Shown here: in pieces, positions 44,043 to 54,200 of the stretch
How positions within the stretch are numbered: the first letter of the stretch is position 1
How the letters are laid out: each line of letters starts with the position of its first letter
Assembly: GCA_963749915.1 (NCBI GenBank)
Contig: CAVVOP010000019.1
Location: forward strand, 32,001 to 96,000
DNA length: 64,000 nucleotides
DNA from: an uncultured cyanobacterium
GTDB lineage: Bacteria > Cyanobacteriota > Cyanobacteriia > Cyanobacteriales > Cyanobacteriaceae
Direction of reading: 5' to 3'
Program-made: the position numbers and the translations under genes
Notes under the pieces: generated by a model
What the model was told of the DNA's origin: nothing
What the model saw: the letters and a program-made list of their open reading frames with translations, nothing else
The model's database searches: none

Positions 44043-45503
44043 TTAGGGTATTTTAACTTTTGTCCCCGACTGGATTTGTTCGGTCGGATGAAGAATTACT
44101 TTCTCTTTAAGTTTTAATCCAGTTTCAATTACGGCCTCAAAATTACTGCGTTGACTGACTTTCATCTGACGTTTTTGAGCTTGATTATTTTCCACCACAA
44201 AAGTACACCAAGTATTAGATAAAGGCTGATTATTTTCTTGGTCACAGCGAAATAAGGCACTCAAGGGAATAACTAAAACATCTTCTCCTGACCAAATCAC
44301 AGTTCTCGTTTCCACTCGATAGCGATCTCCCAAAGATCCGCCTTGGGGGACACCTAAAGGTATTTCCGTATCAATTAAATCGGCGATGACATTTACCCGT
44401 TGTTCTTCTACTCCCAAAGCTGAAACTTTAGTGAAAGCAGAGGGTTCTATATAACGCACCTTTGCCTTGAGAGTTGATTCCCCACCCCAATGATCGAGAA
44501 ACATAATCGCACCGGGTTTTACTTTCACCGCATCGGAAGAGAGTAAATCGACAAGGATTTCTAAGTCTTGGGGATTTCCTAATTCTAAAAGTTGAGTACC
44601 TGCTTCCACATATTTGGCACTTTCCAGGTAAATTCTGAGTACATAGCCATCAATGGGAGAGGTAATATGAGTACGATTAGCATCATCAGTTAGTTTAGCC
44701 AGTTCTGCTTTAACACTATTGATGCGAGCATCATAAACATCGAGGAGATAATCTGGATCTTTTTGTTTAGCACGAAGAATCAAGAGTGCTTCTTGGGCGA
44801 CATTAACTTGAGCGGCGATACTGTCAGCTAATCTTTGTTCAGCTTCTAAAGCTCTAATTTTAGTGATTTCTTCTAATTCTGCCCGTTCTTTTGCCTGACG
44901 AGAAACCACCCCGTCAACGTATAACTTTTGGTTCCGCTCGCGATCGCGTATTGCCTGTTCTAATTCTGCCCTAGCTTGTTCCACCCTGGCAACGGCCTCT
45001 TTTTGTTCGGCCACTACGGCTCTAATCCTAGCTTCCCCTTGAGAGATCGCTTCTGGTTTAGGACGCAGAGTTGCCACTCCCGCTTTTTCGGCTTGCCACT
45101 GACGTAATCTGGCTTGAGCTTCCCGTATATCGGACTCTAGGGGTAAAGGATCGATTTGAGCAATTATTTCTCCCTTAGTAACACGATCACCTTCTTCTAA
45201 ATCAATTCTAGCCAATCTTCCTTCCACAGGAGCAGAAACTAGATAACGTTTGCGGATACGGGTTTCCCCTTCTTCATCTACCGTTACCACCACATCACTT
45301 CGTTTTACTTGTGCTACATCAACGAGAATTGGGGATGGACGAAAAGCCCAGAATAAAATTCCCAGTATGGTCAATGCCCCTAAAACATAGATTAACTGCC
45401 AAGGTAGATATTTTTTTTTCGGTTTGCTTTCTGTTTGAGGGATCCATTGTTTGGCTTCTTCCTCTTTAGTCCATTGAAATGCCTCTGATGATTCATCGCT
45501 CAT
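44043..45503 (-). CDS. HlyD-type efflux periplasmic adaptor (ABC-associated type)
   Basis: VSAPVEGRL, ITSPIDGYVL and FTKVSALGVEEQRVNVI. Confidence 0.9.
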   Translation of the reverse strand: MSDESSEAFQWTKEEEAKQWIPQTESKPKKKYLPWQLIYVLGALTILGILFWAFRPSPILVDVAQVKRSDVVVTVDEEGETRIRKRYLVSAPVEGRLARIDLEEGDRVTKGEIIAQIDPLPLESDIREAQARLRQWQAEKAGVATLRPKPEAISQGEARIRAVVAEQKEAVARVEQARAELEQAIRDRERNQKLYVDGVVSRQAKERAELEEITKIRALEAEQRLADSIAAQVNVAQEALLILRAKQKDPDYLLDVYDARINSVKAELAKLTDDANRTHITSPIDGYVLRIYLESAKYVEAGTQLLELGNPQDLEILVDLLSSDAVKVKPGAIMFLDHWGGESTLKAKVRYIEPSAFTKVSALGVEEQRVNVIADLIDTEIPLGVPQGGSLGDRYRVETRTVIWSGEDVLVIPLSALFRCDQENNQPLSNTWCTFVVENNQAQKRQMKVSQRSNFEAVIETGLKLKEKVILHPTEQIQSGTKVKIP

Positions 45504-45631
45504 GGTTCACTGCTGTCTTATTATTTAATTCAGCCCCAAGGAATAATATACCACTTCATTCGTAACTAAAAACTGAGAAGAAAAAAGTACCAGAATAAAT
45601 AACTGAACCGCACTTTTTTAACAAACCATAT

Positions 45632-46636
45632 TTAAAAATGAATCTTACCTTCAGGCATCGTCACCCCGTCTAAAATAGTCTCAGATAAATCTACCCCGGA
45701 CAAATCCGCATCTCGGAGATTTGCACCGCTCAAGTTAGTATTTTTCAAGATTGCACCATTAAGACAAGCACCCCATAAGTAAGCACCCTGTAAATTAGCA
45801 TTTGTTAAATCTGCCCCCGTTAAATTGGCTAAATTCAAATTAGCAAAACTTAAGTCTGCCGATCGCAAATCAGTTTCACTCAGGTTACTTTTCATTAAAT
45901 TAGCTTGGATAATCTCAGCACCCCTTAATTGTCCATTTTGTAGTTGAACATCTTTCAAGTTAGCCTTATTTAAAACACTACGACGCATGATGATATTGTT
46001 GAGGTTACTACCCGATAAGTTACTACCGTATAACTTGGCACCGCTCATTTTTGCCTCGGTTAAATCCATCCCGCTAAAATTCACTCCCTGTAAGTCCAAA
46101 CCATTGAGAAATGAGCCTTTGAGCTTAATTCCATATAAACTTGCACCCCGTAAATTAGCACCGCTTAACCTTGCATGGTTTAAATTACTCCAGTTTAAGT
46201 TTGCACCCTCTAAATTAGCACCCCTTAAATTAATGCCGTCTAAATTAGCCCCACAAAGATTAACACTAGGTAAATTAGCCATGTAGAGACTAACCCATGT
46301 TAACACTGCACCGCTTAAAGTCGCCCCCTGAAGATCAACTTTATTTAATTGTGCACCATGTAAATCCGCTTTTGTCAAATCTGCCTCAATTAATAAAGCC
46401 TCTTTTAACTTAACAAAACTTAAATTTGCACCATATAAAAAAGCACCTCTTAAATCAGCTTCCAGAAGAAAACAACGTTCTAAATCTGACCATGCTAAAT
46501 GTGCTTCAACCAGTTTGGAACGGGACAAATTTGAGTGACTAAGTTTCATGCCACTTAAATTAATTTTACTAAGATTAACATTGCGAAAATCTCGATCCCC
46601 TTCCTTATATCTTTTAAGTATATCATTGACGATCAT
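45632..46636 (-). CDS. Pentapeptide repeat protein; likely start ATG 46636
   Basis: Continuous A(D/N)LxG repeats; N-terminal YKEGDRDF. Confidence 0.95.
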   Translation of the reverse strand: MIVNDILKRYKEGDRDFRNVNLSKINLSGMKLSHSNLSRSKLVEAHLAWSDLERCFLLEADLRGAFLYGANLSFVKLKEALLIEADLTKADLHGAQLNKVDLQGATLSGAVLTWVSLYMANLPSVNLCGANLDGINLRGANLEGANLNWSNLNHARLSGANLRGASLYGIKLKGSFLNGLDLQGVNFSGMDLTEAKMSGAKLYGSNLSGSNLNNIIMRRSVLNKANLKDVQLQNGQLRGAEIIQANLMKSNLSETDLRSADLSFANLNLANLTGADLTNANLQGAYLWGACLNGAILKNTNLSGANLRDADLSGVDLSETILDGVTMPEGKIHF

Positions 46637-46791
46637 GGCATTTTCTCCAAAAAATGTTCTCAACTGAATTAATAAAGAACCATGTTGTCTTAATAATTAA
46701 ATAACAAAAGGAACTTTTACTTACGATTGTATTGTTTTTTTTCTCAAACTTCTTTAGCATAAACTAATTAGGCGTTAATGTTAAAAATTAC

Positions 46792-46845
46792 GGCTCTTCT
46801 AGAGTAAGTAGCTGTGGTAAACTACACACTCAAATCAGAAGAGCC
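46792..46845. mobile_element. 54-bp miniature inverted-repeat element with 8-bp TSD
   Basis: GGCTCTTCT...AGAAGAGCC ends; AAAATTAC at 46784-46791 and 46846-46853. Confidence 0.85.
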
Positions 46846-46915
46846 AAAATTACCTACTAATAAAAAGAGTGGGCATTGCCCACCCTAAGTTCATTAATTG
46901 TTAGTTGATTTTTAC

Positions 46916-49900
46916 CTAACTTCCGCCGACTCTTGCCACGTCCTGAGAGTTAGCCGTAAAGGCGGCATTTAGGGCATCATCTCCGCTTAAACCTGAGTCT
47001 ATGGCTTGTTTTAATGCCTCTAAAACTCGTTTATAATCTCTTGGCATTACTTTAACAAATTTACCAATATTTTCCTCCCAATTATTGAGAATTGTTTTGG
47101 CTTTTTTACTATTAGTAAATTCGGCATGTTTAGTAATTAATTGTTTAATTTCGGCAATCTCGGAAGCATCCTCTAGGGTTTCTAAACCGACCATCTCGGT
47201 GTTGCAGTGGGTAGCGAAATCGCCTTTTTCGTCGAAAATATAAGCGACGCCACCACTCATCCCTGCGGCAAAGTTACGTCCCGTTGAGCCTAAAATCACT
47301 ACTTTTCCGCCTGTCATATATTCGCAACCGTGATCACCAACACCCTCAACGATGGCAGTTACACCCGAGTTACGCACACAAAAACGCTCCCCAGCAACAC
47401 CAGAGATATAGGCTTCGCCACTGGTTGCACCGTAAAAGGCCACGTTACCGACGATTATATTTTGGTCGGCCTCAAAGGTGGCTTTTTTGTCAGGATAAAC
47501 AATGATTTTGCCACCGCTTAGACCTTTACCAATATAGTCGTTTGCATCTCCTTCTAATTCGAGGGTAACTCCTTTGGGTACAAATGCACCTAAACTTTGT
47601 CCTGCACTGCCGACAAAATGTAAATGTACAGTATCTTCGGGTAAGCCTTCCCAATGTTTTTTTGTAATCTCATTGCCTAAAATTGTACCTACCACTCGGT
47701 TGGTATTTTTGATAGGTAAAGTGGCTTTTACTTTATCACCCTTTTCGATGGCATTTTTACAAACATCAAGTAAAGTGGTTATATCGAGGGATTGATCCAA
47801 ACCGTGATCTTGTTTGATGCTACAATGACGAGGCATATTGGGATCAACATCAGGCTGATAAAGAATAGGAGAAATATCAACACCTTTAGCCTTCCAATGA
47901 TCAACAGCTTTTTTCGGTTCTAATACATCAGTACGCCCTATCATCTCATTAACTGTGCGGAAGCCTAATTCGGCCATAATTTCCCGCATTTCTTGGGCGA
48001 TAAATTTCATGAAATTAACGGTATAAGCTGGATCTCCCGTAAATTTAGCTCGTAGTTCTGGGTTTTGAGTGGCAACACCCACAGGGCAAGTGTTAAGATG
48101 ACAAACCCGCATCATGATACAACCTAAAGTGACCAGAGGTGCGGTGGAAAAGCCGTATTCTTCAGCACCAAGTAAAGCCGCCACCACAATATCACGCCCT
48201 GTTTTCATTTGTCCGTCAGTTTCGACGACGATACGACTGCGAAGGTTATTTAATAACAAGGTTTGATGAGTTTCTGCCAATCCCAACTCCCAAGGTAAAC
48301 CGGCGTGTTTGATAGAGGTTTTAGGAGATGCACCAGTGCCGCCATCGTAACCAGAAATCAAGACTACATCGGCCTTCGCCTTAGCCACTCCAGAGGCGAT
48401 GGTACCAACTCCCACTTCTGACACTAATTTGACGTTAATTCGTGCGTCACGATTGGCATTTTTCAAGTCGTGGATTAACTCCGCTAAATCTTCAATGGAG
48501 TAAATATCATGGTGAGGCGGAGGGGAAATTAAACCTACGCCAGGGGTAGAATAACGTACTTTGGCAATCCAAGGATACACTTTTTTACCTGGTAATTGTC
48601 CACCTTCTCCGGGTTTCGCCCCTTGTGCCATTTTAATTTGTATCTCTTTGGCTTGAGAGAGATATAAACTGGTGACGCCAAAACGCCCACTAGCCACTTG
48701 CTTGATGGCACTATTTTTCGAGTCTCCTTGGTCATTAGTCCAAGTATAGCGCTTTGGGTCCTCCCCACCTTCTCCTGTGTTGGATTTACCACCGATGCGA
48801 TTCATGGCGATGGCAAGGGATTCGTGGGCTTCTTTGGAAATCGAACCGTAACTCATAGCACCGGTTTTAAACCGCTTCATGATGTTTTCAATGGGTTCAA
48901 CTTCTTCAATAGGTATGGATTCCCGTTGTTTAAACTCTAATAAATCCCGTAAACGGAAATAATGTTTACCATGATCGTTAATCATCTGAGAATACTTCTT
49001 AAATAGTTGATAATCTCCCTGTTGTACCGCTTGTTGTAAAGTGTGAATAGTTTGGGGATTAAACAGATGTGCTTCACCATCTTTGCGCCATTGATACTCA
49101 CCCCCAACATCGAGGGTGTGCCCGTTAACCTGTCTTTCAGGGAAGGCATGTTTATGACGCATAATGGTTTCTTGGGCGATAACTTCTAAGTCAACCCCTT
49201 CCAAACGAGAAGCAGTACGAGTAAAGTATTTTTCGATGACCTTATGATTTAAGCCTACTGACTCAAAAATTTGTGCACCCCGATAGCTTTGGATGGTGGA
49301 AATACCTATTTTGGCGGCGATTTTAATAACCCCTTTGGTAATAGATTTGATGTAGTTATAAACAGCGGTGTCATAATCCACCCCTGTCAATAATTTCTCG
49401 TCTATCATCTGGTGTAAGGTGGAGTAAGCCAAGTAGGGATTGATAGCACCACAACCATAGCCTAACAACACGGCAAAATGATGGACTTCTTTCGGTTCAC
49501 CCGATTCTAAGATTAAGCCCACCTTCGTGCGACTTCCGTTACGAATAAGATGATGATGTAACCCCGCAACAGCTAATAAAGCAGGTATGGGTGCGTTATT
49601 AAAATCTACACCTCGATCAGTTAAAATAATGTGGGTGCAGCCCTCTTTTATTGCTTTATCTACTTCGCTAAAAACAGATTCTAAGGCTGATTCCATACCT
49701 TTTACACCATCTTTGGGGTTAAACAGAATTGAACAGGTGTGGGCTTTAAATCCATGACTGTTTAAATTTTTCAGTTTGGCTAACTCTTCATTAGTGATAA
49801 CCGGAGTTTTGAGGGCGATGAGATGACAACTTTCAGGCTCAGGTTTTAATAAGTTTCTCTCACCACCGATAGTGGTTTCTGCAGAGGTAATAATGGCTTC

Positions 49901-51505
49901 CCTGATGGAGTCGATCGGGGGGTTTGTTACCTGTGCAAACAGTTGTTTAAAGTAATCATATAACAATTTCGGGCGATCGCTCAACACCGCTAAAGGAGTA
50001 TCAATGCCCATGGCACCCACCGCCTCAACTCCTGTTTGTGCCATGGGCACTAATAACATCCGTAAGTCTTCAAAAGTATAACCAAAGTTTTGTTGTAAGG
50101 GCATGATATCATCTTCGTGAATTGCCCCTCCCATGGGTGCAGAGGGGAACTTATCTAGAGTGTATAAGTGCTCATCTAACCATTGTTGATAAGGATGTTG
50201 GGTAATAATAGGGTGTTTAACTTCTTCATCAGCAACGATGCGCCCTGCTTCCATATCCACTAAAAACATTTGCCCTGGTTGTAGTCTTCCTTTCGATTCC
50301 ACTCTTTCGGGCTCAATGGGTAAAACACCCGCTTCTGATGCCATGATCACCAATCCATCTTTAGTGACGGTGTAACGAGAAGGACGTAATCCGTTACGAT
50401 CGAGTATAGCTCCAATTTGCTTACCATCGGTAAAGGCGATGGAAGCGGGACCATCCCAAGGCTCAATTAAACAAGAATGATATTGATAGAATGCTTTTTT
50501 CTCAGCACTCATGGACTCATGACCACTCCAAGGCTCAGGGATCATCATCATCACCGCATGAGGAAGACTGCGCCCACTTAGTACTAGCATTTCTAAGGCG
50601 TTATCGAAAATCAGGGAGTCGCTACCTTCCATGTTGATAATGGGTTGAATTTTCGCCATGTCTTCCCCGAATAACTCAGATTCGAAAAGGGCTTGACGGG
50701 CGTGCATCCAATTAGTATTGCCTCTCAAGGTGTTGATTTCACCGTTATGGGTGATGTAGCGGTAAGGGTGTGCTCTTTCCCAACTCGGGAATGTATTGGT
50801 GCTGAAGCGAGAATGTACAAGGGCGAGGGCCGTTTGTAATTCGGGATTGCTCAAATCTAGATAATATTTCCCTACTTGCTCAGGGCGCAACATTCCTTTA
50901 TAGACGATGGTACGGCTGGAAATTGTAGCTGGATACCAATATACATCAATATTACTCGCTTTGATAACGGAGTGGGATTGTTTTCTAATCACAAACAATT
51001 TACGCTCAAACGCCAAATTATCAGTAATATCAGGATTTTTAGCGATGAAAACCTGTTGCACAAAAGGTTCACAAATCAAAGCACTTTTACCTAAACCCGA
51101 GTTATCCGTCGGCACGTCACGCCAACCTAAGACTTTTTGCCCTTCTTCAGCGACAATTTGCTCAAATAATGCCCTTGCTTTTAATCTCACACTTTCATCA
51201 GGGGAGGTAAACATCATCCCCACTGCATAGTTATCTACTTCGGGCAATATAATCCCTAATTTTTCGGCTTCCTTGTGCATAAACTCATGGGGTAACTGCA
51301 TTAAAATTCCTGCACCATCTCCTGTATTTGGCTCTGCACCACAGCCTCCCCGATGGTCTAAATTGATCAATATAGTCAATGCCTGTTTTACTATGTCATG
51401 GGATTTTTTCCCGTATTTGTGCACCACGAAACCCACACCACAGGCATCATGTTCATATTGTGGATCGTATAATCCTTGTTTTTCAGGTATTCTATGTACA
51501 GTCAT
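46916..51505 (-). CDS. gltB: Glutamate synthase large subunit
   Basis: [38 protein letters not shown] and [15 protein letters not shown]. Confidence 0.97.
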   Translation of the reverse strand: MTVHRIPEKQGLYDPQYEHDACGVGFVVHKYGKKSHDIVKQALTILINLDHRGGCGAEPNTGDGAGILMQLPHEFMHKEAEKLGIILPEVDNYAVGMMFTSPDESVRLKARALFEQIVAEEGQKVLGWRDVPTDNSGLGKSALICEPFVQQVFIAKNPDITDNLAFERKLFVIRKQSHSVIKASNIDVYWYPATISSRTIVYKGMLRPEQVGKYYLDLSNPELQTALALVHSRFSTNTFPSWERAHPYRYITHNGEINTLRGNTNWMHARQALFESELFGEDMAKIQPIINMEGSDSLIFDNALEMLVLSGRSLPHAVMMMIPEPWSGHESMSAEKKAFYQYHSCLIEPWDGPASIAFTDGKQIGAILDRNGLRPSRYTVTKDGLVIMASEAGVLPIEPERVESKGRLQPGQMFLVDMEAGRIVADEEVKHPIITQHPYQQWLDEHLYTLDKFPSAPMGGAIHEDDIMPLQQNFGYTFEDLRMLLVPMAQTGVEAVGAMGIDTPLAVLSDRPKLLYDYFKQLFAQVTNPPIDSIREAIITSAETTIGGERNLLKPEPESCHLIALKTPVITNEELAKLKNLNSHGFKAHTCSILFNPKDGVKGMESALESVFSEVDKAIKEGCTHIILTDRGVDFNNAPIPALLAVAGLHHHLIRNGSRTKVGLILESGEPKEVHHFAVLLGYGCGAINPYLAYSTLHQMIDEKLLTGVDYDTAVYNYIKSITKGVIKIAAKIGISTIQSYRGAQIFESVGLNHKVIEKYFTRTASRLEGVDLEVIAQETIMRHKHAFPERQVNGHTLDVGGEYQWRKDGEAHLFNPQTIHTLQQAVQQGDYQLFKKYSQMINDHGKHYFRLRDLLEFKQRESIPIEEVEPIENIMKRFKTGAMSYGSISKEAHESLAIAMNRIGGKSNTGEGGEDPKRYTWTNDQGDSKNSAIKQVASGRFGVTSLYLSQAKEIQIKMAQGAKPGEGGQLPGKKVYPWIAKVRYSTPGVGLISPPPHHDIYSIEDLAELIHDLKNANRDARINVKLVSEVGVGTIASGVAKAKADVVLISGYDGGTGASPKTSIKHAGLPWELGLAETHQTLLLNNLRSRIVVETDGQMKTGRDIVVAALLGAEEYGFSTAPLVTLGCIMMRVCHLNTCPVGVATQNPELRAKFTGDPAYTVNFMKFIAQEMREIMAELGFRTVNEMIGRTDVLEPKKAVDHWKAKGVDISPILYQPDVDPNMPRHCSIKQDHGLDQSLDITTLLDVCKNAIEKGDKVKATLPIKNTNRVVGTILGNEITKKHWEGLPEDTVHLHFVGSAGQSLGAFVPKGVTLELEGDANDYIGKGLSGGKIIVYPDKKATFEADQNIIVGNVAFYGATSGEAYISGVAGERFCVRNSGVTAIVEGVGDHGCEYMTGGKVVILGSTGRNFAAGMSGGVAYIFDEKGDFATHCNTEMVGLETLEDASEIAEIKQLITKHAEFTNSKKAKTILNNWEENIGKFVKVMPRDYKRVLEALKQAIDSGLSGDDALNAAFTANSQDVARVGGS

Positions 51506-51905
51506 AATTGCTTCCTAAATTTTTGGTGTTAATCGCTGAAATATAAAGAAAATCCCAAGTTTGGCTTTTTTTTCTTTACTCGTTTATTTTCACATTATAG
51601 GAAGATTTATCAGTAATCTTGATCTTTTTTGTCAGAAAACTACTAAATAATAAAGTTTTTTAAACTTTTAGGGGCGATCGTTGAGAGTTCGTTACAATCT
51701 ACCACAATAAATTATCTACGTAATAGTTTAAGATGAGGGGTTGGACTTTCTTTAAATTTATAACGGAACAAAAATACTATTGACGGAATCTATATCTATG
51801 ATTAATCTATGATTAAAAATTCATAGCATCATCGAAAATAATTAAACAGTAATCGTATCCTTAAAACTACAATACTGATCAAAGAAAATACATATTTAAT
51901 TAGTT

Positions 51906-53024
51906 ATGTGGCAAAAATTTCTCTTAAAAACAACCTCTAAATTGGGTTTTATCTCTTTATTTTTGTTGATTTTTTCTACCCCTGCCCAAGCTGCCCTGGA
52001 ATTGAGAGTAGCCATAAAAAAAGGGGTTAATAACCTACAAATTGGTAGCTCAACTCCTGCTGTCATTAGAGACAATACAGGACAGAATATTGGTCAAGTA
52101 GAAGGGATGAACTCCTTTGTAGCTAAAGCTAATGGTAGTAATGTCAATCTTGCACAGTGGAACTCGAACCGTATATGGTTAGAGCCTAGTGGTGATGGTG
52201 TTATCTGGATTGGCGATCGCTGGTATCGTGGTAGAGTCTTACTAACTCGTCAAGGAGGTGGCATCACTGCCGTTAATTATGTAGATATAGAAGATTATTT
52301 ATATAGCGTAGTGGGAGCAGAAGCAATAGCCAGTTGGCCCCAAGAAGCTTTAAAAACTCAAGCTGTCGCCGCCCGAACCTATGCCTTGTACAAACGCAAC
52401 ACCAGTAAAAACAGTATATTTGATCTTGATACGACTACTGCAACACAAGTATATAAGGGGTTAGGTAGTGAATACACCACCACCCACCAAGCCGTAAAAG
52501 CCACCGATGGGCAAATCATGACTTATAACAATCAACCTATTTTAGCGGTATTTCATTCTTCATCAGGTGGACATACCGAAAACGTCGAAGATATTTGGAC
52601 TTCCCCCCTACCTTATCTAAGAGGTGTAGTTGATTACGATCAAACAGCTCCCGTGTTTCAGTGGAGTAAAACCGTTTCCCCTGCTTCTATTAGTCGAGTT
52701 GCCGGAAGTGTGGGCAATATTCGTGCCTTAGTACCTCAAAAAACCACCCCTCAAGGTAGAATTGTCACCATGCAAGTAGTGGGCGATCGCACTACTAAAA
52801 CCGTTGCCGGCAGTGATTTAAGAAGTGCCTTGGACTTACGGAGTACATTATTCCGAGTTTCCTCTGGGGGTAATGGTTTACAGGTATCAGGGAGAGGATT
52901 TGGCCACGGTTTAGGTTTAAGCCAATGGGGTACTTATTATTTAGCTCAAAACGGCGTTGATTATCGTCAAATTCTCGGACATTACTATCAAAATGCACGA
53001 CTTGCCACCATGAGAACAAGATAG
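51906..53024 (+). CDS. SpoIID/LytB domain protein
   Basis: EDYLYSVVGAE, EALKTQAVAARTYA and GFGHGLGLSQWG. Confidence 0.93.
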   Translation: MWQKFLLKTTSKLGFISLFLLIFSTPAQAALELRVAIKKGVNNLQIGSSTPAVIRDNTGQNIGQVEGMNSFVAKANGSNVNLAQWNSNRIWLEPSGDGVIWIGDRWYRGRVLLTRQGGGITAVNYVDIEDYLYSVVGAEAIASWPQEALKTQAVAARTYALYKRNTSKNSIFDLDTTTATQVYKGLGSEYTTTHQAVKATDGQIMTYNNQPILAVFHSSSGGHTENVEDIWTSPLPYLRGVVDYDQTAPVFQWSKTVSPASISRVAGSVGNIRALVPQKTTPQGRIVTMQVVGDRTTKTVAGSDLRSALDLRSTLFRVSSGGNGLQVSGRGFGHGLGLSQWGTYYLAQNGVDYRQILGHYYQNARLATMRTR

Positions 53025-53095
53025 GTAAAAATTAACTATACTTTTAATATCACCTTGATATTGAAAATTTTATTGTTAATTTACGAAGATCAATT

Positions 53096-53668
53096 ATGAA
53101 TCCTTATCTAACCATTGAAAAAGAAAAATTAGAGAATCCTCCTCTAGATTTGCATTATTTAGGGGATAAAGTTTTACGTCAATCTGCCAAGCGCGTTGCT
53201 AAAGTTGATGAAAGTATCCGAGAATTAGCAAAAGAAATGTTACAAACCATGTATAGTGAAAATGGTATCGGTCTAGCCGCACCTCAAATTGGCGTAAATA
53301 AACAGATAATAGTCATCGACTGTCAACCGGATAGCCAAGCTAATCCTCCTATGATTTTAATTAACCCGGAAATCAAGAGATTTAGTAAAGATTTATGTAT
53401 CATGGAAGAAGGATGCTTGAGTATTCCACAAGTTTTCTTAGAAGTTGTTCGTTCTCGTACCATAGAAGTTGCATATAAAGATGAATATGGAAAGCAGAAA
53501 AAAATGAAGGCCATGGGTTTATTATCCCGTGTCATTCAGCACGAAATAGATCATCTAAATGGAGTATTGTTTGTGGATAGAGTACAAAACAGTTTTGCCT
53601 TAACAGAAGAATTAAACAAAAAAGGCTTTTCCATTTCCGCAGTAAAACCCATAACAATTAACAGTTAA
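53096..53668 (+). CDS. def: Peptide deformylase
   Basis: GIGLAAPQIG, EGCLS and QHEIDHL. Confidence 0.98.
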   Translation: MNPYLTIEKEKLENPPLDLHYLGDKVLRQSAKRVAKVDESIRELAKEMLQTMYSENGIGLAAPQIGVNKQIIVIDCQPDSQANPPMILINPEIKRFSKDLCIMEEGCLSIPQVFLEVVRSRTIEVAYKDEYGKQKKMKAMGLLSRVIQHEIDHLNGVLFVDRVQNSFALTEELNKKGFSISAVKPITINS

Positions 53669-53802
53669 TGGTAAATAATTAAAGAACCATCAATAATCAT
53701 CGAGTGTTATCACGGCTCACTTACCCTATCATTGGTAATGAATATCAAAAGATATAATTTTGTTGTTAACTTATAATATTGGAAAATATCAATTCGTAGA
53801 AT

Positions 53803-54150
53803 ATGAAAAATAAAGGACAAGGATTCGGTTTAGGTTTAGGTAAAATGAAAGAACTAGCCCAAGCCTTTCAAAAAGCCCAACAAATTCAAGATGATGCCAA
53901 AAAACTGCAAGAAGAATTAGAAACCTTGCGTATTGAAGGGCAAAGTGCCGATGGTTTAGTCGTAGTAACAGTGAGTGGCAACCAGGAACCCCAATCCGTC
54001 GAAATTAAGGAAGAAGCCTTAAGTAAAAGTGCAACCGAATTATCTGAGATTGTCTCTAGTGCGGTAAAAGATGCACATCAAAAATCTACTGACGTCATGC
54101 GAGAAAAAATGGAAGCTTTAACTGGTAATTTAGGCTTACCCGGAATGTAA
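53803..54150 (+). CDS. ybaB: YbaB/EbfC nucleoid-associated protein
   Basis: KAQQIQ...LQEEL...[13 protein letters not shown]. Confidence 0.92.
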   Translation: MKNKGQGFGLGLGKMKELAQAFQKAQQIQDDAKKLQEELETLRIEGQSADGLVVVTVSGNQEPQSVEIKEEALSKSATELSEIVSSAVKDAHQKSTDVMREKMEALTGNLGLPGM

Positions 54151-54164
54151 CTTCCCCCAAATCA

Positions 54165-54190
54165 GCCCCTAAATCCAGGAGGATAGGGGC
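54165..54190. terminator. Hairpin between convergent ybaB and cobJ
   Basis: GCCCCTA...TAGGGGC stem. Confidence 0.45.
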
Positions 54191-54200
54191 ATTTCTTGCT

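Noticed and set aside
46916..51505. gltB without adjacent gltD
   Set aside because: Unlinked gltB and gltD are known in unicellular cyanobacteria, so this is not informative from one window.
51506..51905. NtcA box upstream of gltB
   Set aside because: No GTA-N8-TAC found on manual inspection.
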